Part shown: piece by piece, positions 19,349 to 26,692 of the stretch
Position numbering within the stretch: position 1 is the first letter of the stretch
Layout of the letters: each line of letters opens with the position of its first letter
Virus record (IMG/VR): IMGVR_UViG_3300050343_000155
Location: 1-63,515 of that record
Reading direction: 5' to 3' (one strand)
DNA length: 63,515 nucleotides
From: a virus
Lineage: Duplodnaviria; Caudoviricetes
Notes under the pieces: generated by a model
Databases searched by the model: none
Told to the model about the DNA's origin: nothing
Seen by the model: the letters and a program-made list of their open reading frames with translations, nothing else
Translations under genes and position numbers: made by a program

Positions 19349-19711
19349 TTACTCGACTACATCGAGCCATTTAGAGTAAGGGAAGTTGTTTCCCCCAAGC
19401 AGGTAAATGCAGTACGAGCCATTGCGACTTTCGTAAACAGTCTGCCCTTCGAAACTGAATTCAGTTTCTGTGCCTACCCACACCGCATACTCGTCCCCTG
19501 TTCGAGGTGAGATAGCTTTGATGTACTTACTACCAGAGGTAGTCTTGAATACCTCGAATGGTTCTCCTTGAACCACAAGGTTCTCGTCTGCGTCGATCCC
19601 GCTTGACGTGTCGAAGCCTACACCATTGCCACCGATGGTTTTTGCTTGGAAGGTTTGACCAAAGGTTGCAGACGCCATTGAGATGGCAAGGATGAAAAAG
19701 AAGTTTTTCAT
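19349..19711 (-). CDS. Putative exported early protein
   Basis: N-terminal signal peptide MKNFFFILAISMASATFG followed by a beta-rich body. Confidence 0.65.
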   Translation of the reverse strand: MKNFFFILAISMASATFGQTFQAKTIGGNGVGFDTSSGIDADENLVVQGEPFEVFKTTSGSKYIKAISPRTGDEYAVWVGTETEFSFEGQTVYESRNGSYCIYLLGGNNFPYSKWLDVVE

Positions 19712-19731
19712 AATAAAGAAATAAATAAATT

Positions 19732-19784
19732 GAAACTGACACTACAACGTAGTGTTTCGCCTACTTAAGGCTCATCAGAGTTCC
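19732..19784 (-). ncRNA. Hammerhead ribozyme (type I)
   Basis: Minus strand: GGAACT [CTGATGA] GCCT-TAAGT-AGGC [GAAA] CACTAC-GTT-GTAGTG [TC] AGTTTC. All core nucleotides and three stems are present; GUC cleavage is predicted between 19738 and 19737. Confidence 0.9.
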
Positions 19785-19914
19785 TAACCTGCGGACTCAT
19801 CGTCATCATCCGCTTGAGTGATTGTTTGCTTTTCCCCTTCAGGGGAGGAATCGTCCTCAAATTGAGCCGAACACAAGGACGCTATCGCAAGAGCACCCAT
19901 CAGTAGTAACGCTC

Positions 19915-20082
19915 TCATTTGGAGGAGGAGTTTACGAGGTCTTCAAGGCGCATCTGCTCATCGCAGGAGAGTGCATCGAAGCTTGCAGTGCAAGTGAATG
20001 CAGAGCCAAGGAGTTGAACATCATTGAAGAGAGCCGAAGCCATTTGCGCTTTTTTGCGCTGTGTATCTGTGCTGTTGAGCAT
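19915..20082 (-). CDS. Small hypothetical early protein
   Basis: Start reassigned to MLNSTDT, after the promoter and CAAAATCTCAA leader. Confidence 0.5.
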   Translation of the reverse strand: MLNSTDTQRKKAQMASALFNDVQLLGSAFTCTASFDALSCDEQMRLEDLVNSSSK

Positions 20083-20119
20083 AGGATTGAGATTTTGAGT
20101 TTGGCTGAATTGCCGACTG

Positions 20120-20151
20120 CAAAGATAGAACATACTTTCCATCTTTCCAAA
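20120..20151 (-). promoter_or_regulatory. Bacteroidota sigma70 promoter (early)
   Basis: Minus strand TTTG-20 nt-TATCTTTG. Confidence 0.75.
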
Positions 20152-20379
20152 TTTATTTTTCTACCCTTTAGGGTAATTAGTCAATGAAGAGAGTATCGTA
20201 ATGAGGCATATCCGTAGTCCAGCGGACAGCATGGTGCGCTTCCTCCACGGGGTCGAACACGTAGTCGCTCGAAGGAACTTCCTTGAGGAGACACCATTCA
20301 CTCCCATCTTTGAGGAGTTGCCCAGCCGCCCAACTCTGAGCGTCTACAAGCTAGGAAAGCACATCTTGGTGCGGAATTC

Positions 20380-21630
20380 TGATTCCCCAAGGGGGAAGAT
20401 AAAAGAGTAAATTGACATAAATCTATGATTTAAAGGGTTTTATAACTAATGAAATGATAACTACGTTATCAGAATGGAGCAGTGTCAGCAATCAAAGCTT
20501 CAGCTTCAAGGCGCTCCGCCTCTATCTGAGCAGAGCGGAGTCGAGCCATCGCTTCCTGAGGAGTCTCACCCTCTAAGAGGGTAAGCATTTGCTGCTTCTT
20601 ACGAACCTTTGGTTCGACTACTGGAACCTCTTTACGAGGTTCGAACGGCTGTGCCTCGCCACCGTCGGCGGCGTTGACGACTTTGGTCTTCTTGACCTTG
20701 CCAACCTTGTTGGCAGTTGAGGTCTTAGCTTGAGTTAACTCAAGACCAGCTTCTGACGTCCTCTTAGGACGACGGACAGCCTTTGACTTGCTCTTCTTCG
20801 AAGAGCGTCTCTCTGCTGTTTGCAGAGCAAACAACTCCTTGTTCAGAACGGAACGTTCTGCTCTCTTCATCTTCTTACCAGAAGATAGAAGGGCTTCGAT
20901 TTCCGACTTTCGGTCTGACTCCTTAGAAGTCAAGGACTTCTTAGAGGACTTCGACTTAGAAGTCTTAGAAGACTTCGACTTAGAAGCCTTAGAAGGCTTC
21001 TTCTTAGCCTCCTTCTTAGGAGGCTCTGGAGTTGGAACATCGATGGAATCGATGAAAGAACTTAGAGAAGCCATAGCTTCACTAAGGTTAGACTTCTTCT
21101 CCTCAGAAGGAGAATAAACAAAGCTGTTAACAGCTTTTTTCAAGGTCTTTACCAAGACCTGCTTTTGTTCGAATGTCTTTGACATTGTTGAGAGATTTGA
21201 GTTTCCTCAAGCTGGTCGACTTCCAAAACCAACTTAAGAGATAAAGAGTAAATGAAGAAGTCATAAGACTCCTTCTTCATATACTCTATCTCTACTCCAT
21301 TCAACAACGGTATTAGCTAGCTAATACTCCTACGTTGACTACCAATGACGATCCCTTAAGGGATTCAATGCGTTGGAGGAAAGCCCTCAGTTTCAGCCTC
21401 TTGAGCATCTCTTCTTGAAGAGATAGTTAACCTTCAGTATTGAAGGTTGTTATCTAACCTAAGAGGTTAGGGGGAGGATTGACAGCGGTCTCTCTTGAAC
21501 TACGTAGTAGTTTAGCTTCAAGCTGTTTCTAGCCAATCGGTCTTATTCCTTTGATTAGTAGTTAGTTAACTACAATCAACTCTTAACTTCGTAGAAGTTA
21601 GCTACTGACTTGGTTAGCCTAAAGGCTAAA
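20380..21630. repeat. Dense array of short, non-identical inverted repeats (micro-hairpins)
   Basis: Dozens of 5-9 bp stems with 0-4 nt loops, e.g. 20456-20470, 20790-20806, 20844-20860, 21120-21137, 21498-21512 and 21584-21600. Confidence 0.85.
20469..21185 (-). CDS. Lys/Ser-rich basic protein, first gene of the early arm
   Basis: 238-aa open frame, A-rich leader resembling the other early leaders, low-complexity KSKSSK tracts. Confidence 0.65.
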   Translation of the reverse strand: MSKTFEQKQVLVKTLKKAVNSFVYSPSEEKKSNLSEAMASLSSFIDSIDVPTPEPPKKEAKKKPSKASKSKSSKTSKSKSSKKSLTSKESDRKSEIEALLSSGKKMKRAERSVLNKELFALQTAERRSSKKSKSKAVRRPKRTSEAGLELTQAKTSTANKVGKVKKTKVVNAADGGEAQPFEPRKEVPVVEPKVRKKQQMLTLLEGETPQEAMARLRSAQIEAERLEAEALIADTAPF

Positions 21631-22071
21631 AGTTCTGGCTAAAACCCCCTTGCATTATGCCTACGGGGTTTACGAGATTCGTTTCGGGTTCGAGGACACA
21701 ACGTTCATACGTATAAAAGAATCCCCAAGATCTGTATTACAGAGCCCTTTTTAAAGGCGGCTTATCAACTGAGTTATCAACGCGCTACCACTATATACTG
21801 TTTAAAAGGCTGTCACTTAATGACTTATAGGGTTTCGTTAAAGCATGTTGCTGACTTGACTTTGTAAGAAAAAAGTTGTAACTTCGCCAAAGCTTCACAG
21901 CGATAAGCTTCATATGATGTTTTAAACCTACGAGGCTGTCTTTAGGATTACTTATGTAAGTAATAAAACAGTAGCTACGGAGCGTCACTCAAACTAATCA
22001 AGTTGTAAAGGCGCAAAAACTGTCTTCATTCTCGAGAAGGGATCAAGAAATATATCAAACCTAAAAAGTAG

Positions 22072-22079
22072 TATATTTG
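22072..22079 (+). promoter_or_regulatory. Bacteroidota -7 promoter element, first of a series on the late arm
   Basis: TATATTTG. The same TAnnTTTG element occurs at 23473, 24904, 28835, 34872, 43673, 44798, 49384, 55287 and 57492, each just before a gene start. Confidence 0.75.
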
Positions 22080-22083
22080 CTTT

Positions 22084-22719
22084 ATGAGACCGACTAACAA
22101 AAAAGAACTAGGCTTAGCTAAGTCTGCTAAAGGAGGGCAGGGAGCTTCACGAATGGAGGACCTGCTAGAAAAGCTTTCTGATTACAAGAAAAGCCAGTAC
22201 GGAAACAAGTACAAAGCGGGTGGTAAGTTTCCAGATCTAACTGGTGACGGAAAGGTCACTATGGCTGACATTCTTAAAGGTAGAGGAGTTAAGTCTGGTA
22301 AGTTCGAACAAGGCGGCGAAGTAAAAGGCGATGGATACAGCATTAAGATCGCAGGACAATACGCCGTAGGGTCTATTAAGACAATCCCTGATTCTGGTCA
22401 ACAGTACGTTTCAATGGAGCTACCTGACGGAAAGGTTGTACCTGTGTTCGGAGACTGGGAGAGCTATGGTAATCCTAACAGAGAAGGATTGATTGAAGAC
22501 ATGGATTATAGGATCTTCCCATTGGGAGACGGAACCTATTCACTAGACACTGGGGAGATGGAGAGCGAAATGATGAGGGACGACAGCAGGAAAGTTGCTA
22601 TGGAAGCTCAGGGCGGCCAGGGAGCATCAAGAATGGAAGACCTTATGGAAAAGCTTAGCGACTACAAAGGAATGGGACAGTCTCCAAACGGAAGAATGCG
22701 ACCATATAAGCGACAATGA
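22084..22719 (+). CDS. Hypothetical protein with an internal 21-aa duplication and an EF-hand/dockerin-like motif
   Basis: GGQGASRMEDL(L/M)EKLSDYK twice; FPDLTGDGKVTMADIL. Confidence 0.7.
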   Translation: MRPTNKKELGLAKSAKGGQGASRMEDLLEKLSDYKKSQYGNKYKAGGKFPDLTGDGKVTMADILKGRGVKSGKFEQGGEVKGDGYSIKIAGQYAVGSIKTIPDSGQQYVSMELPDGKVVPVFGDWESYGNPNREGLIEDMDYRIFPLGDGTYSLDTGEMESEMMRDDSRKVAMEAQGGQGASRMEDLMEKLSDYKGMGQSPNGRMRPYKRQ

Positions 22720-22934
22720 GAAAAGTAACAGACCCCAAAAAAAAGCTTGATAGTTATTCTGGGTGGACGACTGAAGCTAAAACGGCTAAAGAAGCTATGG
22801 CATTAGCCAGGGCAAAATCTCATAATATGACAGATAGGCTAGGGCCAACCACTGGAAGAGCCAAGCATAAGTTAGTTGCTATTACGGACCCAAAGACCAA
22901 GAAAACCTTCTATAGGGTTTATTCTAACAGGTAG
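22716..22934 (+). CDS. Small basic hypothetical protein
   Basis: 4-nt overlap with the upstream gene. Confidence 0.55.
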   Translation: MRKVTDPKKKLDSYSGWTTEAKTAKEAMALARAKSHNMTDRLGPTTGRAKHKLVAITDPKTKKTFYRVYSNR

Positions 22935-23009
22935 TGGGTAGTAAAAACTACTTCAACCCTAGGCTTAAGCGAATTAACCCTGCGTATATTGCAGAGAAAA
23001 ATAAATTCA

Positions 23010-23471
23010 ATGAGGTTAAGCAAAAATCTAACGCTAAAAGAAGTGGTGAAGTCAAACACCGCGACAAGAAAAGGGATTGACAACACCCCAGATAAGTGGA
23101 CCGTACACAACTTACAGGCCGTAGCGGACCATATCTTTCAGCCAGTGCGCGATCACTTCGGTGTACCCATCGGGGTTACCTCTGGATTTAGATCAAAAGA
23201 ACTAAACAAGGCGATAGGGGGGAGTAAATACTCTCAGCATATGATTGGGGAGGCCATTGATATAGACGCCGACATGTATGGGAAGGTGACTAACTCAGAG
23301 ATATTCGATTTCATAAAGAAGAACCTAGAGTGGGATCAGATGATCTGGGAGTTCGGGGATGACGAGAACCCTGCCTGGGTACACGTATCATTTAAAGAAG
23401 GCGGGAAAAACAGAAAACAACTCAAGAGAGCGTACCGAGACAGCAAGGGAGTTTATTATAAAGTGATTTAA
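23010..23471 (+). CDS. Peptidase M15A-family protein (putative endolysin)
   Basis: SGFRS..LN.AIGGS..SQH..GEAID and WVHVS zinc-peptidase motifs. Confidence 0.85.
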   Translation: MRLSKNLTLKEVVKSNTATRKGIDNTPDKWTVHNLQAVADHIFQPVRDHFGVPIGVTSGFRSKELNKAIGGSKYSQHMIGEAIDIDADMYGKVTNSEIFDFIKKNLEWDQMIWEFGDDENPAWVHVSFKEGGKNRKQLKRAYRDSKGVYYKVI

Positions 23472-23484
23472 CTATCTTTGCTCC

Positions 23485-24474
23485 ATGTTAGGATTAGGAG
23501 CAAACAAAACGGGAGCGTTAAATGTTGAGAGCGCAAACCCCACTATAGGTTTTGCTGTAGTGACGACAGCAGACACACCAACAGCTTCTTCGTCGGGAAC
23601 AGCAACCCTAAGTGGATCCTATACTGGATCAGGTGTAACTGAGGTAGGATTTGATTTTGGGGTTAATGTGGCTGGCTTCAGTGAGGTAACAGGTACTGAC
23701 AGTTCAGGTACTATTACAGCAAATGTATCAAATCTTTCAAGTCTTACTGAATACAAATACAGGGCATACGCTAAAAACTCACGAGGAAAAGCCGTGGGAT
23801 CCATTCAGACGTTTACTTCTGCTGAAGTAATAGCTGCTGCTGGGTCTCCATTCCATAACAGTTACGGAAACACACCCCTTTACGACTTTGAATTTAACTC
23901 TACCAACGAAATTTACGACTTTGTTTCGGATTTTACTGGTGGCAACCAATTTGCCGATATATCTCGTATTGCATCTATAACCGATGAAAATGGGGCAACT
24001 AGACAGAACGTTATGAAGGTACAAGTCTCTAATACTGGAGTGTTTGGATACCACTACGCTCATAGCCCTAACACCGAACTAGAAACCGTATGGTATCAAG
24101 GAAGCAACATTTATTACAAGAGTTATGCTGTTGAGATGTATGTTTTTATTCCCTCCGCTAACTCTCACATAAACACCATCGGACCATTTCAGTATGGTCT
24201 GGGCGCAGAGCGCTCGTTTACAAACACTTCTTTGAACAACAGCACCATTTCAGAGTATGGGGCCTCTGATGCGGGATCATGGAAAAGGGTTTTGTATGGC
24301 ACCGAAGATGACTTTACCACCGAGTTTGGACTACGAACCAGAGGCGGTGGCGGCGACGTTTCCAGTACTTACTTTGGCTTCGGCATCAGTACCAATGACC
24401 AGTCGGCTCCTGGCGATATAATTTACGTTTCGGACATAAAAATATACGCAAGAGAAACCACGGTTTCTTCTTAA
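23485..24474 (+). CDS. Putative virion protein with a fibronectin-III-like domain
   Basis: NLSSLTEYKYRAYAKNSRG is FN3-like; MLGLG N-terminus; beta-sandwich-like C-terminus. Confidence 0.6.
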   Translation: MLGLGANKTGALNVESANPTIGFAVVTTADTPTASSSGTATLSGSYTGSGVTEVGFDFGVNVAGFSEVTGTDSSGTITANVSNLSSLTEYKYRAYAKNSRGKAVGSIQTFTSAEVIAAAGSPFHNSYGNTPLYDFEFNSTNEIYDFVSDFTGGNQFADISRIASITDENGATRQNVMKVQVSNTGVFGYHYAHSPNTELETVWYQGSNIYYKSYAVEMYVFIPSANSHINTIGPFQYGLGAERSFTNTSLNNSTISEYGASDAGSWKRVLYGTEDDFTTEFGLRTRGGGGDVSSTYFGFGISTNDQSAPGDIIYVSDIKIYARETTVSS

Positions 24475-24890
24475 AGTGAGTTATAAAAACGCTGCACCGC
24501 TAGCCTACCTTTCTGCGTCATCGCATAGCGAACTCTGTAGTTATATTTTGTCTCATCACGGAACAAGTGATCCTCTAGAGTCTGGGACGGTGTAAGCTTA
24601 TCAAAGTGTTTATATAGATAACCACTAGACACAAGTGGGTATATCATTCTATCGGCTAGGTTCTTCTTGTACATCCCGTAGTTCTCTGCCGCCCACGATA
24701 TAGTAAAGAACTCCAAATCGTAAAGGAACAGCATTAGCTGTAGATACGACCTGGTTAGATCTGGATTGCTCTCTAGGAATTCATCTGTAGCGCCGCGTAA
24801 GTTCTTTAAGTAGTTGTTCTTTACGTACTTATCTGGTAGCTTCGAAACCTCTCTAAAGAGCCTCGTCTTTTTAACGGTTGACTTGGGCAT
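24471..24890 (-). CDS. Winged-helix DNA-binding protein (putative regulator)
   Basis: YPLVSSGYL...RYAMTQKGR wing motif; the only clear antisense gene in the late arm. Confidence 0.6.
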   Translation of the reverse strand: MPKSTVKKTRLFREVSKLPDKYVKNNYLKNLRGATDEFLESNPDLTRSYLQLMLFLYDLEFFTISWAAENYGMYKKNLADRMIYPLVSSGYLYKHFDKLTPSQTLEDHLFRDETKYNYRVRYAMTQKGRLAVQRFYNSL

Positions 24891-24930
24891 GCGTATTGTG
24901 TCGTATATTTGACTTAAACAAATTTACATC

Positions 24931-25227
24931 ATGGACCCGAAAGACACCCTCTTCTTTGCCGAAATGTATTCCCTCGTCAAAAAGATGGAGGAGACAATTG
25001 ATGAGTTCGAAATGAAAGATCGCACCTTGGCCTCTATAGTAGTAGGAGTTATAGACTTTGACTCAGTTGAGGAGGGTGATGAGAGCGCAGAGATGAAAAC
25101 AATGTACAGCTTTAACCTAGAAAGTAGGGCGGAGTTAGACACACTAAAAGAAGTAATGGATAGCGCATATCAAGAAAACGATTCATTAGACGACCTCTTG
25201 GGTGATTTGGGCATATCCCTAAACTAA
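24931..25227 (+). CDS. Hypothetical acidic protein
   Basis: ORF downstream of the TATATTTG promoter element. Confidence 0.65.
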   Translation: MDPKDTLFFAEMYSLVKKMEETIDEFEMKDRTLASIVVGVIDFDSVEEGDESAEMKTMYSFNLESRAELDTLKEVMDSAYQENDSLDDLLGDLGISLN

Positions 25228-25228
25228 A

Positions 25229-25465
25229 ATGGAAGGACTTATTAGAAAGATTGTCGTCGGCAAGGAACCCAAAGACGGCATGGCTTATTATATCGGCATG
25301 AAAGCTGGCCGAGGTGTTGTATCCGCTATACTAGAAGATGAACATCACCTGCATAAGTTTGGCAAGAAGAGATATCTTGTATATATTGAGAACGATGAAG
25401 GTACCTTGCTGTGGAAATCCATAGACGAGATGCCCTGTATGCTTGAATTTGACTTGAATTTTTAA
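25229..25465 (+). CDS. Hypothetical protein
   Basis: Compact ORF in the packaging-module operon. Confidence 0.65.
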   Translation: MEGLIRKIVVGKEPKDGMAYYIGMKAGRGVVSAILEDEHHLHKFGKKRYLVYIENDEGTLLWKSIDEMPCMLEFDLNF

Positions 25466-25468
25466 TTG

Positions 25469-26053
25469 ATGAGGACATTTGACTTATTTATTGTAAAGCT
25501 AGATAAACAGCTTGATGATAAGATCACGACCCCTGGAGGTCTTGAGCTTTTTATAGACACTAAATTTAATGAGTTTGAAAACAGAATCCAAGAAGGCCCC
25601 GTTGTGGCGGCGCCTTTCAAACACGATACAGGGGTTGAAGTTGGGGACACTCTTTACTTCCACCACCTCGTGGTTCTTAACGAAGGCCAGGTACTTACTG
25701 GAGAGCCTAATCACTATACTGTTCGCTTTGATCCAGAGCATACTATTAATAATCAGGCTATTGCTTATAAAAACCAGCACACTGGGGATATACGCCCTCT
25801 TGCGGGTTGGAGCCTTCTTGAGCCAGTCGAAGAAGAGGAGGTTCAAGAGTCGGACACTATCGAATTGGTTAAACTATCAGAGGTCCCTGTCACAAAAGGT
25901 CGTGTCGCGTTTGAGGCTCCTTGGATTGATGAGATAGGAGCTAAAGCGGGTGACATAGTTGGATTTCGCAAGAACATGGACTATCGAGTTAACATTGATG
26001 GTAAGGAGTATTACCGAACCCGCGCAGAAGACCTGCTATATGTCGAAATCTAA
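25469..26053 (+). CDS. GroES-like co-chaperonin (two tandem GroES-like domains)
   Basis: TPGGLELF..G.VVAAP....VEVGDTLYF and LLEPV...GRV.....GAKAGDIVGF......IDGKEYY. Confidence 0.65.
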   Translation: MRTFDLFIVKLDKQLDDKITTPGGLELFIDTKFNEFENRIQEGPVVAAPFKHDTGVEVGDTLYFHHLVVLNEGQVLTGEPNHYTVRFDPEHTINNQAIAYKNQHTGDIRPLAGWSLLEPVEEEEVQESDTIELVKLSEVPVTKGRVAFEAPWIDEIGAKAGDIVGFRKNMDYRVNIDGKEYYRTRAEDLLYVEI

Positions 26054-26330
26054 ATTCACTACTGTAAGCGCCGCTATAAGACTCATGCAAAGCATGGAGA
26101 TAGCCATCAATAATATGATCGAGGAAGTCAAGAAGCCAGTAGACCCCGAAGCAGGTGGCTCTGCGCGTAAGGCCGAGCTCCAATCCATAAAGCAAACTGC
26201 TATTGACTGTAAAGAGCTTTTGGTGGAGCGCCAGAGGCTAGAACAAATGGTTAAAGAACTAAACGACAATGGAGAAATCGAAAAAGACAAAGACTACTCA
26301 GGAGGATTCGCAGAGCGATTCTCAAAATAA
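26040..26330 (+). CDS. Hypothetical helical protein, possibly terminase small subunit
   Basis: Coiled-coil, C-terminal GGFAERFSK, upstream of the terminase large subunit. Confidence 0.45.
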   Translation: MSKSKFTTVSAAIRLMQSMEIAINNMIEEVKKPVDPEAGGSARKAELQSIKQTAIDCKELLVERQRLEQMVKELNDNGEIEKDKDYSGGFAERFSK

Positions 26331-26411
26331 CCCAAGCGGACTTGTATATTGGGATGACTATGATTTTGAAAACCAAACAGTTACAAGCGGTCACTTAGAG
26401 GTTAACTATAC

Positions 26412-26488
26412 GCCCTCGTAGCTCAGCTGGATAGAGCAACAGCCTTCTAAGCTGTGGGTCCTAGGTTCGAGTCCTAGCGGGGGTACCA
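26412..26488 (+). tRNA. tRNA-Arg(UCU)
   Basis: GCCCTCG/CGGGGGT acceptor, D-arm GCTCAGCTGGATAGAGC, anticodon loop CTTCTAA, T-loop TTCGAGT and an encoded CCA. Confidence 0.95.
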
Positions 26489-26503
26489 ATTAAATTAAAA
26501 ACC

Positions 26504-26692
26504 ATGCCTGATCTTATTTGCCAGAAATGTAAAGCAGAGAAATCTGTGAGAAGCCTCACTATGAAGTTTAAAAACGGTAGTGTTTACTACCCTGAAGGCC
26601 AATGCGAATGTGGTGAACAAATGGAGATTAAAAACCCTAAAGAAGGTGTACCTTCGCTGGGGAGAATGAACTCACACGGACAGAGTTATTGA
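26504..26692 (+). CDS. Small zinc-ribbon protein
   Basis: CQKC...CECG. Confidence 0.6.
   Translation: MPDLICQKCKAEKSVRSLTMKFKNGSVYYPEGQCECGEQMEIKNPKEGVPSLGRMNSHGQSY

Noticed and set aside
4897-21185. Plus-strand ORFs within the minus-strand arm, and minus-strand ORFs within structural genes
   Set aside because: Antisense shadows of real genes, with no motifs or expression signals.
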